The notes beneath the pieces were generated by a model. It was given only the letters and a program-made list of their open reading frames with translations. It had not been told where the DNA came from and did no database searches. A stretch of DNA of 51,367 bases from Promethearchaeota archaeon (GTDB taxonomy: Archaea > Asgardarchaeota > Lokiarchaeia > Sigyniarchaeales > SOKP01), in NCBI GenBank assembly GCA_048941265.1, contig JBHLNT010000013.1, positions 1 to 51,367 on the forward strand, in the 5' to 3' direction. The translations under genes were made by a program, and so were the position numbers. Below, piece after piece: positions 38,972-48,812 of this stretch. Numbering within the stretch: position 1 is the first letter of the stretch; each line of letters begins with the position of its first letter.

Positions 38972-39886
38972 TTAATATAATGACAATGAATTATTAGATG
39001 ATCTGGAGAATATAGTACCAATAGCAAATTTCTCATCTAAAGAAAGAGCACCATTAAGATATCCACTATCTATTAAATTTAGATCATTAAAGATTTTAGG
39101 ATAATTAATATGGATATAATTTAGAAGTTTTTCAAAAAAGGAAAAATACCACCCGTATGGTATTTTATAATGTCTAAATTCTTTATAATTTAAGTGAAGG
39201 ATTATTTTTTTTACAAAATCTTCTTTTAATTTTTCTGGCAAAGCTTCAATTATGTGAAAAATATATTTAATATCATATTTTAAGGCAAAAAACAAGAGAA
39301 TATCAATTATTTCGGCAAGTTTCCAATACTTACTTTCCAAAATTTCACTCCATATAGACTGAAGCTCAATAACTATATTAGTAGTTAAATTAAAAGCTGT
39401 TTGATCTAAGAGGCATTCTATTTCTTCTTTATTTAAATAAGATAAATAATCGTTTTCAAGCAGATATATAATAGAGTTTAAATTTCCTTTTTCAAATCGT
39501 TTCGCAATTTCATCTTTAAAAACTTGTTTTGCTCGTGTATCACCTGCTTCAGTTAATTTTTTTAATAAGGGGAATGCTAAATTACTATCAAGTAGCTGTG
39601 TATTATAATTCCCTTCATACCATACTTGCAAATTTGAGCAATGCCCCCAAAACCAAGCTTCTGGTGTTAATGATGAAGGAATATGATCTTGAATTTCAAA
39701 AGAATTATCGGATAATTCTAAGAGATCATCAATTGAATTTACTAAGGAATCGGACTCAAATTTATTCTTAGAAATAGTTAATAAGAGAGATTTACAGTGT
39801 ATAAACAATTTATTGTTAACATAAATATTTGTTTTGTTATTTTCTAATTTTAAGCAGAGATGGGTATTTATTTTGAATAGTATCAT
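38972..39886 (-). CDS. Hypothetical protein of the Lokiarchaeia-expanded family often found N-terminal to LRRs
   Basis: FKIN..L.LKLEN.KTNIYVN, FWGHCSNLQVWYE..YNT.LL.SNLAFPLLKKL.EAGD..AK.VFK.EIAKRF (family recognised from memory). Confidence 0.7.
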   Translation of the reverse strand: MILFKINTHLCLKLENNKTNIYVNNKLFIHCKSLLLTISKNKFESDSLVNSIDDLLELSDNSFEIQDHIPSSLTPEAWFWGHCSNLQVWYEGNYNTQLLDSNLAFPLLKKLTEAGDTRAKQVFKDEIAKRFEKGNLNSIIYLLENDYLSYLNKEEIECLLDQTAFNLTTNIVIELQSIWSEILESKYWKLAEIIDILLFFALKYDIKYIFHIIEALPEKLKEDFVKKIILHLNYKEFRHYKIPYGWYFSFFEKLLNYIHINYPKIFNDLNLIDSGYLNGALSLDEKFAIGTIFSRSSNNSLSLY

Positions 39887-40002
39887 TGTTAGAATTTAAT
39901 GAGAAATTATCGATTTTAATTTTTATTGTAATGAATTTTAAAACATTATAACTTTCTAATAAAATATGTGAAGGTTAATTCAAAAACAAAGTATTATAGT
40001 TT

Positions 40003-40773
40003 TTATTTAACCTTTTTCTTGAGATATTCAATATTTTCTTTAATTGTTTCTGCTATCGGATGTTCTTTTATGTCCAGATCATTTAAAATCTTTAAAGATT
40101 CTTCAAATCGTTCCAGTGCTTCGGGAAATTTTCCACGTCGATAATAAACTCCTGCTATATTAAAGAACCTAAATTCCAATAAGGTGATAGCTGTGATAAC
40201 AACCCACAAGAAAATAAGGACGAATAATATCCATTCTATTATAGATGACCATGTAATATAAAATAGAATTAAGGCAATATTAATGCTAAATCCATAATAA
40301 GCTAAGACTTTTTTGAATATTGGCCCTGTATAAAGTTTTGATTTAGGACCCATGTACATTAAATAGCTATAAAGAGTAATATAAATACAGGAGCCTATAA
40401 AAGCAATAGATGCTACGAAATTATGAAAAATGAGAAAAATATCTAAATATGTTTCGTCTGGAATAATTCCAACTAAAGCAACGCAGACAGATGTAAAGAT
40501 AGATGCCCCTGTTGCAAGCCTTCTGACAGAATGATTGACATTAATCAATTCTCTTTCGAGATATATGAAGAATGGAATACCTAGCGAACCGCCAATTACA
40601 AAACCAATACTGAATAAAGATTTAAATTGCATGCCCCCTAAATCGCTTACATAATTTCTTGTAAAATCATAATCAGGAGTAAGAAATGCAGCAATAAATA
40701 CACAAATTGCGGTTGTAAGAGCCCCAATCAAACCAAAATAAACTTCCATATTTGAACTCAATCTTTCTGGCAT
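40003..40773 (-). CDS. DUF998-like membrane protein with a C-terminal TPR-like segment
   Basis: YDFTRNYVSDLG, ALVGIIP, H..VA..AF, IIEW; C-term NIAGVYYRRGKFPEALERFEESLKI. Confidence 0.75.
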   Translation of the reverse strand: MPERLSSNMEVYFGLIGALTTAICVFIAAFLTPDYDFTRNYVSDLGGMQFKSLFSIGFVIGGSLGIPFFIYLERELINVNHSVRRLATGASIFTSVCVALVGIIPDETYLDIFLIFHNFVASIAFIGSCIYITLYSYLMYMGPKSKLYTGPIFKKVLAYYGFSINIALILFYITWSSIIEWILFVLIFLWVVITAITLLEFRFFNIAGVYYRRGKFPEALERFEESLKILNDLDIKEHPIAETIKENIEYLKKKVK

Positions 40774-40989
40774 AATAAATCCCCTTTTTACTCTAAAAGA
40801 TTTACCTCATTTTTTCTTTTCAATTAATTTTTTAAAATTAATACCAGCAAATAAATATCTAAGAAGATAGTCTTATAAATTATTTAAGAAAGAAAAGATT
40901 TTTTTTATAAATATTATCTAACTTTAATTAAAAAATAATTTGTTTTGTAAATATTTAAAATTTCATAAAAAAACCAGAAGTGTGATCTA

Positions 40990-41544
40990 TTGACTGATAA
41001 TAAAGACAAGTTTGTTTTTAAAATAGTCGTGGTTGGAGATGCCGCAGTAGGAAAAACATCATTAATTAAGAAGTTTACACAGGGCACCTTTCAAGAAGAC
41101 TATATTCAAACAATAGGTGCCCAATTATCAAGTTATCAAGATGATGTAAATGGAGACAAAATTGAATTGTTCTTTTGGGATATCGCTGGACAAGATACTT
41201 TTCATTTCTTACGACCTGCATTTTATCAAGGGAGTAGAGGAGCCATTGTTGTATATTCCATTGAAGACTCTAATCATGGAAAAAAAAGCTTTGAACATAT
41301 AGATGAGTGGCATGAGGATATTAAAATATATTGCGGTGATCTACCAACTGTATTATTAGGAAATAAAGTTGATCTAGTTGATACCAAGAAACTCAAAGAA
41401 AAAAAAGTTTTAAAATTGATGAAGAAGAGAGGTTTTATTGGATATTATAAAACTTCTGCTAAGACTGGAGATGGAGTTATAAACGCATTCCAAGCTCTTA
41501 TTAAAGAATTATATAATAAATATAAAGGATTAATGTATCAGTAA
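40990..41544 (+). CDS. Rab/Ras-like small GTPase
   Basis: G1 GDAAVGKT, G2 QTIG, G3 WDIAGQ, G4 NKVD, G5 TSAK; TTG start; no C-terminal Cys. Confidence 0.95.
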   Translation: MTDNKDKFVFKIVVVGDAAVGKTSLIKKFTQGTFQEDYIQTIGAQLSSYQDDVNGDKIELFFWDIAGQDTFHFLRPAFYQGSRGAIVVYSIEDSNHGKKSFEHIDEWHEDIKIYCGDLPTVLLGNKVDLVDTKKLKEKKVLKLMKKRGFIGYYKTSAKTGDGVINAFQALIKELYNKYKGLMYQ

Positions 41545-41562
41545 TATTAATTATTTTTGCTT

Positions 41563-41859
41563 TTAGCCCTTTTCCTGCCAATATTCTTTTACAAATTTAG
41601 TTATTTCTAAAAACTTATCTTGATAATTTTCTTCTAATCTTGTTAAGTGTCCACGTCTGATCATTAATTTTATAAATGTTTTAAATTCATTACGTAGATC
41701 ACTTATCTTAAAATTCTCTTTTTTTTGAATTACGAATATAAAAGTATCAATTTGATCTTGAATTACCATGATATTAGGCTCTTCTTTATCTATTTCTTTC
41801 GACCAACTATATTCAAAAATGGGGAGCTTAATTTTTCCAGAACGATATTTTTTGATCAT
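41563..41859 (-). CDS. Hypothetical protein
   Basis: 98-aa ATG ORF filling the gap, convergent with the GTPase. Confidence 0.6.
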   Translation of the reverse strand: MIKKYRSGKIKLPIFEYSWSKEIDKEEPNIMVIQDQIDTFIFVIQKKENFKISDLRNEFKTFIKLMIRRGHLTRLEENYQDKFLEITKFVKEYWQEKG

Positions 41860-41977
41860 TAAAACCCCTAATTATATAATTTTTTACATTAGATTTGAAT
41901 TTAAAATCTCGTGTAGTTTAAATACATAGTCAATGATTTTAAAACCAATTGACTATATCAATTTTTTAATTTGTCGT

Positions 41978-42478
41978 TTATGAAAGGTTTTTATCGTGCT
42001 CATAAGCCCATTTTAAGGCGTCCTTGCTCCTTATAGGAAAATTAGATGCTAATACGCGAGCTGCTACTCGCTTAACTTCTATGTCTTCGTCAGAAAATAG
42101 GCAGTTTTCAAGAATCTGATAGATAATATCATTCTTAAGTTCAAGCAGCTTGATGGCCATAAGACAAATTTTTCTCACTTCTACTTTATTACTATTTTCA
42201 AGAAACGATCCTAAAAGGTCTGTGGCCTGGTTTTTATTTAATTGTTTAGATTGCACATAATAGAAAATTTTATCCACCGTTAGTTCATTATTCATTAATT
42301 CAAACGCATCTTGATAAAGAATATAGTTTTTATCAGAAATACCCTCTTTTGATCTGAGATCGAAAGGACAATTGTGATTCTCAGGTAATCTATGCTTTAT
42401 ACAAAAGGTCATACCACAAAATTTACATAGAAAAGGTAAATAACCCGCATCTTTACCACAAAAAATACATTCAGGCAT
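41978..42478 (-). CDS. AN1-type zinc finger plus HEAT-like repeat protein
   Basis: CIFC...[24 protein letters not shown]; C-term [21 protein letters not shown]. Confidence 0.85.
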   Translation of the reverse strand: MPECIFCGKDAGYLPFLCKFCGMTFCIKHRLPENHNCPFDLRSKEGISDKNYILYQDAFELMNNELTVDKIFYYVQSKQLNKNQATDLLGSFLENSNKVEVRKICLMAIKLLELKNDIIYQILENCLFSDEDIEVKRVAARVLASNFPIRSKDALKWAYEHDKNLS

Positions 42479-42630
42479 AGTATTTTTAGATTTTAAATCA
42501 ATATTTATTAATTATTGTCCTAAGTGCTATAAGATAATTGGTAGGGGATCTATATAAATTCATATAGTTATATTTATATCTGATTTAAATGAATTGAGAA
42601 ACTAAATTCATAATCGCCCCTTAATATTAC

Positions 42631-42846
42631 TTAAAGAAAAAATAAACTAAATATGATGATAGGAATTCCAATTAAAGCAAGAATAATAATAGCAGTAATT
42701 ACCATCCTAACTTGTTTTAATCTTTTTTCATAACACTCAGTGCACATACCCATTTGAAAATGAAATTTACACATATCACTATTGCGTTTAAGACACATTA
42801 ATTCGGCAGTTTTATCATATAAATAACAATTTGGCAATTTTTCCAC
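42631..42846 (-). CDS. Small Cys-rich protein with a C-terminal TM anchor
   Basis: 5 Cys plus His (C..C..C.FH....CTEC), then KRLKQVR and a terminal hydrophobic helix; GTG start preceded by AGAGG. Confidence 0.6.
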   Translation of the reverse strand: MEKLPNCYLYDKTAELMCLKRNSDMCKFHFQMGMCTECYEKRLKQVRMVITAIIILALIGIPIIIFSLFFL

Positions 42847-43159
42847 TTTTCCTCTTTTTTAAATTAGATAAGATTAGATATTGTATGTATTTAATTTTAT
42901 TAAATATAAGATTAGTTCCAAATTTAAATACTAATAAGTAATTAATTTACTCTCAAATTTCAAACCCTCCTATTATTTAAACCTAATCGTATTATTTTAA
43001 GAACTCATGGCAAATAATAATAATTACCATTATATCATTTTCAAAGGGTATATTCACAAAATCCCTATAATCGACAACGATGAAGAGAGAGATAATTCTA
43101 ATAATAAAAAAGATCAAATAAAAAAAAAGAAAAAAGAAAAAGAGAGTTAATATTAAAAT

Positions 43160-44347
43160 TTATTTTGCTTGTCCTAGAATACTTACACTACAAACACTAA
43201 ATGCCCCACCAAGGTTATGTCCTAAACCAATTTTCGCATCAGGAACTTGTCTGCCCTCGGCACGGTTCTGAAGATGTTTAGTCACTTCAGTTAACATTCG
43301 GCAGCCAGTACTTCCGATGGGATGTCCGAAGGATTTTAATCCTCCGGAGGGATTTACAGCAGTTTCTCCATCCCAATTAAAAGTTCCGTTTTTTAACTCC
43401 TCTGCTGCTTGTCCTCGTTCGCAAAATTGTAAATCTTGGCAGTTTAACAACTCAGTTATGGTAAAACAATCATGAACTTCTGCTAAATCAATTTCCTTTC
43501 TGGGGTTTGTAATACCTGCTTCTTTATAAGCCATTGCGGCTGCCTTCTCTGTTGCAGGAAAATGAGTAAAATCACAACCCACGGCGCCTGGGGGAATATA
43601 CCATGGAGTATTTGTATAGCATGATATCGCGTTAGCTTTTACAACGATATAGTTATCACCATGAGCGTAGCTAGGAGCATCTTCCACTCTTGTTAATATA
43701 AGAGCAGCTGCACCATCACTCATAGCACAACAGTCAAATCTTCCAAGAGGATCAGCAATCATAGGAGCGCGCATTGCCTGCTCAATTGTAATTTCGCTGC
43801 GAAAATGAGCTTTAGGATGATGAACGCCATTGCTGTGATTTTTAACAGCAACACGGGCTAAATCTTCCTTGGTCCACCCATATTCGTGAAAACTTCTGGT
43901 TGCAGCCATGGAGAACATTGCAGGAGCAGAAGGAATAGGTAATACCGGATGTCCAAAAATTTTAAAACCAGGTAACCCAGAACTTCCTTCATCCATTAAT
44001 TTCTCTACACCACAGGCAAGCACTACATCATAAGCTCCACTTGCAACTCCAAAACAAGCATTACGAAACGCATCCATACCAGATGCACAGTAATTTTCAG
44101 TTCTGGTGACCGGCTTGCCGTCTAATCTTAACATATCTTCGACGGTTGCCCCTGACATACCAGTAAAATAATAAAATATTCCACACCAGGCAGCATCTAT
44201 ATCGTCTTTAACGATTCCAGCGTCTTTATTAGCGCCTTGAACAGCTTCAAACAGAAGATCATATTGACTTTTATCCCATAATTCACCATATTTGGTCATA
44301 TCACATCCAATTATGGCAACTTGATTCGCAATTCCCTTTTTAACCAT
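43160..44347 (-). CDS. Acetyl-CoA acetyltransferase/thiolase (archaeal SCP2-like type)
   Basis: ENYCASG, VKNH.NG, DGAAA, EVHDCFT, NPSGGL..GHPIG, HNLGG. Start at MVKK (44347) with an AGGAGGG site; the ORF track starts at 44407. Confidence 0.92.
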   Translation of the reverse strand: MVKKGIANQVAIIGCDMTKYGELWDKSQYDLLFEAVQGANKDAGIVKDDIDAAWCGIFYYFTGMSGATVEDMLRLDGKPVTRTENYCASGMDAFRNACFGVASGAYDVVLACGVEKLMDEGSSGLPGFKIFGHPVLPIPSAPAMFSMAATRSFHEYGWTKEDLARVAVKNHSNGVHHPKAHFRSEITIEQAMRAPMIADPLGRFDCCAMSDGAAALILTRVEDAPSYAHGDNYIVVKANAISCYTNTPWYIPPGAVGCDFTHFPATEKAAAMAYKEAGITNPRKEIDLAEVHDCFTITELLNCQDLQFCERGQAAEELKNGTFNWDGETAVNPSGGLKSFGHPIGSTGCRMLTEVTKHLQNRAEGRQVPDAKIGLGHNLGGAFSVCSVSILGQAK

Positions 44348-44360
44348 TTTTATCCCTCCT

Positions 44361-45800
44361 TTATTTTCTACCTCTTTCTGGTCTACAACTCCAATAATAA
44401 TTGACAAAATCGGCGCTTTCGTGTTGTTTTCTGAAAGTTAATTCAACACGCATGCCTATTTGTACATTTTCTTGTGGTTTTTCAATTTCGGTCATATTTA
44501 ACAAGATTCTACCGCCCCCATCAAGATCAATAACACATCTTGGTACAGGTGTATCATAATAGTTTCCACCTACAAGATGATCTAGAGTATAGGTAAAAAT
44601 TGTGCCTTTTAATGAAAGTTTTACGGGTTCAAATTGGTCGTCGGCCCTGCATTTATAGCAGGATCGGAACTGCTGGGGATATTGTATTGTACCGCAGCTC
44701 TTACATTTAATTCCATACATTTTATAAATAGAAGGGGTCTCCCGCCAATGGATAACGGCCGAACTTTTTCTAGAATATCTATCTTTTTCGAGAAGTTCCT
44801 TATTGTCGATGTACCAATCATAATTATTGATAGTAATCATTGATTTTTGATGAGCAGCAACTCCCATCCTGTTTTTATTCACATCCTTTAACATATTTTT
44901 ATCGCGAATTTGCATTAAGATCGCATCAGCTCCGTCACCAAAACCCGCAAGAATCACTTTAGCATCGGGTTTTGGTCTCCGCAATGCTGAAATTAGAAGT
45001 ATAAAAGGCATAGGGGTTCCAAGATCACCCAACTGAAAAAATACACTATCTTGAGCAACTCCCCCGGCAAATTTCATCATTTTTGCTATCCTGCCATGTA
45101 ATCTTGGATTATTATAGTAGTAAGCAGCGACTCCGATCTCTTCAGGTTTTAGATTACTCTTTTTTAACAGTCCAGACATGGCTTTTGTTAGACATTCGGA
45201 ATAAATTTGAGCGTCCATTTTTACTTCAAATGTTCTTATAAAAGGATCTTTCTCAGTCCTTTTCCAAGGTCCGGTTGAATTTGCCGAAACAGAATAATAA
45301 TCCTCTATTGAGAGAGGTAATACCTCCTCATCAGCAATAAGTAACGCTGCGGCACCATCAGCGAATCCAAATTCCCACATGGTTGAGGGCTCAGGTTTTC
45401 TAGTATCTGCAGCTATAATGAGGATACTCTTAATATCTTTATTTGCTTTTATAGTATCTACTGCCCTACATACAGCAGTAGTTCCTGCTTTTAAAGAATC
45501 TGTAAAGTCTGTGGTGATAATGTCTTCCCTTAAATCTAATACTGTAGCAATAAGTGATGCTGAATCTTTCTCTGTATAGACTTGAGTTGTGGTAGCATAG
45601 TATAAACCATCAATACTCTTAGGGTCGATCCCAACCAAGCAATCTAATCCCGCTTCTACAGCCATGGTTATAGAATCTTCATCCGCACTCGCTACTGCTT
45701 TAGTGCCGGGAACCGCAGGGAAATCCCAAGCTTTACTAATCAATTCTCTCGGTAGCAAATATCTAGGCAAATAAGCCCCGAAGGCTTTAATTCCAATCAT
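44361..45800 (-). CDS. HMG-CoA-synthase-like domain fused to DUF35 (Zn-ribbon + OB fold)
   Basis: GIKAFGAYLPRY, DEDSITMAVEA, DGAAA, GFGDGADA; C-term CKSC..QYP....CYKC, GTIFTYT, IGMRVELTFRK. Confidence 0.88.
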   Translation of the reverse strand: MIGIKAFGAYLPRYLLPRELISKAWDFPAVPGTKAVASADEDSITMAVEAGLDCLVGIDPKSIDGLYYATTTQVYTEKDSASLIATVLDLREDIITTDFTDSLKAGTTAVCRAVDTIKANKDIKSILIIAADTRKPEPSTMWEFGFADGAAALLIADEEVLPLSIEDYYSVSANSTGPWKRTEKDPFIRTFEVKMDAQIYSECLTKAMSGLLKKSNLKPEEIGVAAYYYNNPRLHGRIAKMMKFAGGVAQDSVFFQLGDLGTPMPFILLISALRRPKPDAKVILAGFGDGADAILMQIRDKNMLKDVNKNRMGVAAHQKSMITINNYDWYIDNKELLEKDRYSRKSSAVIHWRETPSIYKMYGIKCKSCGTIQYPQQFRSCYKCRADDQFEPVKLSLKGTIFTYTLDHLVGGNYYDTPVPRCVIDLDGGGRILLNMTEIEKPQENVQIGMRVELTFRKQHESADFVNYYWSCRPERGRK

Positions 45801-46023
45801 GTTAATATTTTACCCTTTTATTGATTATTTTTTTATTAAAAATTTTAAATTATATAAAGTTGAAATGATTAAGTTTAAAAATATTTCTTATGATTTAAAT
45901 GAGAACAAAATTACGAAAATTATTAAATTTCAACTGATAATTTTCAGAAATTAAGAAAAATGATATACAACTATGACATAAATTAAATAAAAGCTAAAAA
46001 ATTTTAAAAAAAGAAAGTTAGGA

Positions 46024-46521
46024 TTAATCTTCTTCAGTTATTTTTTTCTCAAGCACAATAAGTATTGGATTGAATCCTACCTTTCCAATAACATTTATTA
46101 ATTTTTTATCTGCATGATAACCGATATTAATACGTACAGATTCGCAACCCCAAGATTTTAAAATATATATTGCTCTTTTTGCAAGAATTTCACCAACACG
46201 TTTGCCAATATATTCTTTTTTTGTAGCCCAGTTATCCAAATAGCCGATATATTGTCCCAAATTATTTTTTACTGCCTCAAGCATGCCCATTCCAACAACC
46301 TCACCAGCAGGTTGATATTCGGCTATGAGGGTAATTCTCTTTAGATTTGGTTTAAACTGACGGAGACCAGATGATTCTTTCCATCTTTCCTCGTTTAAAC
46401 CGATATCATATATATTATGGAGTTGTCTTAAAATTTCTAAGGTTGCTTGATAATCAGAAGTTCGATAATTTCTAATTATGATATCATGTTTATTAATATA
46501 TTCTTCGTCTTGCTCTTCCAT
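46024..46521 (-). CDS. GNAT-family N-acetyltransferase
   Basis: IIIRNYRTSDY, EVVGMG, YLDNWAT.KEYIGKRVGEIL motif-A-like. Confidence 0.75.
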   Translation of the reverse strand: MEEQDEEYINKHDIIIRNYRTSDYQATLEILRQLHNIYDIGLNEERWKESSGLRQFKPNLKRITLIAEYQPAGEVVGMGMLEAVKNNLGQYIGYLDNWATKKEYIGKRVGEILAKRAIYILKSWGCESVRINIGYHADKKLINVIGKVGFNPILIVLEKKITEED

Positions 46522-46546
46522 ATTTTTTCCCTTTTTTTATAATTTT

Positions 46547-47575
46547 TTATCTTAATAAATTTATATCAATTTTTTTTGAGAGTAATTTATCTTTATTTTT
46601 ATCATCAATAATAAAAAAGAGGTATTCATTAATTTGAGGTAAAATAGGTGTAATAAATAAGAGTTCTTCCTTGGGAAACCAGATATCGATTAATTGATCC
46701 ATTATTTCTTTTTCAAAAAATTCTTTCACATGAGTGATTTTAACTCTTACATTATGAAATTCCTTTTCAGTTTTATTTTGTACAATTATTTCTAATTCGT
46801 TACTATCTTTGATTATATAGATGCTCGATATTGAAAGAGGGGCTTTAAGTGCTAATTCAGTTTTATCAGACTTTGATGGATCGAATAATTTAATGTTTGA
46901 AAATGAAAAATCACTAACACCACTTATAATATGGGATATATCATATCCTATAAGGGAGAGAAATGAAATAGCCTTTTGTTGTTTAATTGAAGTAGAATCT
47001 TTTTGTTTTACTACTGAAGCAAAATAATCATCCGTTATCTGAGCAATTAAAGTTCTTAACTCTTCTTTTATCTCGGTTCCCTCTTGAATACAAGTCTTTA
47101 TTTTTTCGGTTTTAATTATTTGTTCCTTCGCAATTTCGCATTCAATAATTTTATATAATTTCTCACCAAACTTATCCTGAATTGTTTTAGTTAATTTTCG
47201 GATGAGACCATCTCCAAAAATTACAATATCATTTGGCAGAGATACAATTATTACAATGGTTTCAGGGGTTTCTTCTTCAAGACCCGCCCTTCTTTTTTTG
47301 CGTTTCGATGTGGTAAGAAACTTCTTCCCAAAATAGGTAAATCCCTTATATTCTAAATCTATATGATCTAAAGCAGATAGGTCATCAGAAGATAAAAACC
47401 AGATGCTATGATATTTAATCGGGCGCATAAATTTTTTGTCTTCCATGTACTTATCGTCCGGATAAACTAAAAGTGGGATATGTCCTCTTGCTTCATCAAA
47501 ATATAACACATAGACTATAGATACTTCTTTGATATGTCTCTCTTCTAAGAATTTAGAGTCTTTAGGGCCGACCAA
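46547..47575 (-). CDS. Hypothetical protein with a uDENN/longin-like N-terminus and an Ig-like C-terminus
   Basis: VYVLYFDEARGHIPLLVYP start, YFGKKF and TIVIIVSL strands; C-term LEIIVQNKT..EFHNVRVKI beta-sandwich pattern. Confidence 0.6.
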   Translation of the reverse strand: MVGPKDSKFLEERHIKEVSIVYVLYFDEARGHIPLLVYPDDKYMEDKKFMRPIKYHSIWFLSSDDLSALDHIDLEYKGFTYFGKKFLTTSKRKKRRAGLEEETPETIVIIVSLPNDIVIFGDGLIRKLTKTIQDKFGEKLYKIIECEIAKEQIIKTEKIKTCIQEGTEIKEELRTLIAQITDDYFASVVKQKDSTSIKQQKAISFLSLIGYDISHIISGVSDFSFSNIKLFDPSKSDKTELALKAPLSISSIYIIKDSNELEIIVQNKTEKEFHNVRVKITHVKEFFEKEIMDQLIDIWFPKEELLFITPILPQINEYLFFIIDDKNKDKLLSKKIDINLLR

Positions 47576-47695
47576 TGGGTACCAAATTTAGTATTAATTT
47601 GAATTTAATAGGAACAAAAAAATTAATAATCCTTATTCTAAAAGTTTAACTATAAATTTATAATAAACAATTAAAATATCTTTAAATGAAATAAG

Positions 47696-48784
47696 ATGAT
47701 AATAACAGATGTTAAAACATATTTATTAGAGCTTGATTTTAAAATTAAAATTGGCTCAATGCCAAGGTTTAAAGCAACAGGATTATATACAAACATTATC
47801 ACTGATGAAGGTATAGATGGTTGGGCGCTATCCCACTGGAATTTAAGTAATTTAGCCCAAAAACAATTTATTGAAGAAGCTTTAAAAAGACTCGTAATTA
47901 AAAAAGATCCATTCATGATCGAGGAGATCTTTCATGAGATATATCAAAATAGTAACCGTATTATGTTTGGAATCCCGCAATCTACATCTGCTATTATGAT
48001 AGCATGTTGGGACATTATAGGGAAAGCTACTAAGCAACCTATTTACAAACTATTAGGTGGTAGGAAACAAAAAATTAAAGCATATGCCTCAATGCCCAGA
48101 GGATATTCTGCAAAAGCAGCTGTTGGAGCAGTACAAGCTGCTTTAGAACCCGAATTAGGGGGATTTGAAGCAGTGAAATTAAGAATTGGAAATGGCCCTA
48201 AAAAGGACGAAGAATTAATAAAGAATGTAAGAGATGCATTTCCTGATATAGATATCATGGTTGATGCAAATTCGGCGTACCATTCTGTCAATGAAGCCCT
48301 TAAAATCGCTGAACTTTGTGCCAGACATCGAGTAACCTGGTTGGAAGAACCTATTCCCACCGATAATTTGAATGGACTTGCGAAAATAAGGGAAAAATCA
48401 CCAATTGAAATCGCTGGCGGTGAGAACGATTTTGGTATTTATCGATTCGAAGATATATTATCAAAAGAATGCTTCGATATAATACAACCAGACGTAACCA
48501 GAAGTGGGGGATTTCTGCAATTGAAAAAAATTGATGCGATGGCAGAGGTTAAAGGAGTTCGCTGTATACCACATATATTTGGATTTGGGCATATTTTAGC
48601 AGCTAATCTTCACCTTGTCATGTCAACACGATGCGATTGGTGCGAGTTTCCATTTATCCCTGATGAATACCAAATGCTTGAAGAACCGATAAAAGCAGAA
48701 AAAGGTTGGGTTTCAGCTCTAGAAAAACCGGGTTTAGGAGTTGAAGTAAATAAAAAAATGTTGGAAGAGAATTTAGTTAAATAG
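47696..48784 (+). CDS. Mandelate racemase/muconate lactonizing enzyme family protein
   Basis: WDIIGK...PIYKLLGG, KLR, MVDAN, WLEEP, GEN, QPD, PH, PGLGV. Confidence 0.93.
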   Translation: MIITDVKTYLLELDFKIKIGSMPRFKATGLYTNIITDEGIDGWALSHWNLSNLAQKQFIEEALKRLVIKKDPFMIEEIFHEIYQNSNRIMFGIPQSTSAIMIACWDIIGKATKQPIYKLLGGRKQKIKAYASMPRGYSAKAAVGAVQAALEPELGGFEAVKLRIGNGPKKDEELIKNVRDAFPDIDIMVDANSAYHSVNEALKIAELCARHRVTWLEEPIPTDNLNGLAKIREKSPIEIAGGENDFGIYRFEDILSKECFDIIQPDVTRSGGFLQLKKIDAMAEVKGVRCIPHIFGFGHILAANLHLVMSTRCDWCEFPFIPDEYQMLEEPIKAEKGWVSALEKPGLGVEVNKKMLEENLVK

Positions 48785-48812
48785 AGTTCTGATAATCTCT
48801 TTTTTAATTTTT

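Noticed and set aside
47288-47305. KRKKRR as a nuclear localisation signal
   Set aside because: A prokaryotic host and Lys-rich AT-biased coding make this uninformative; more likely a basic loop.
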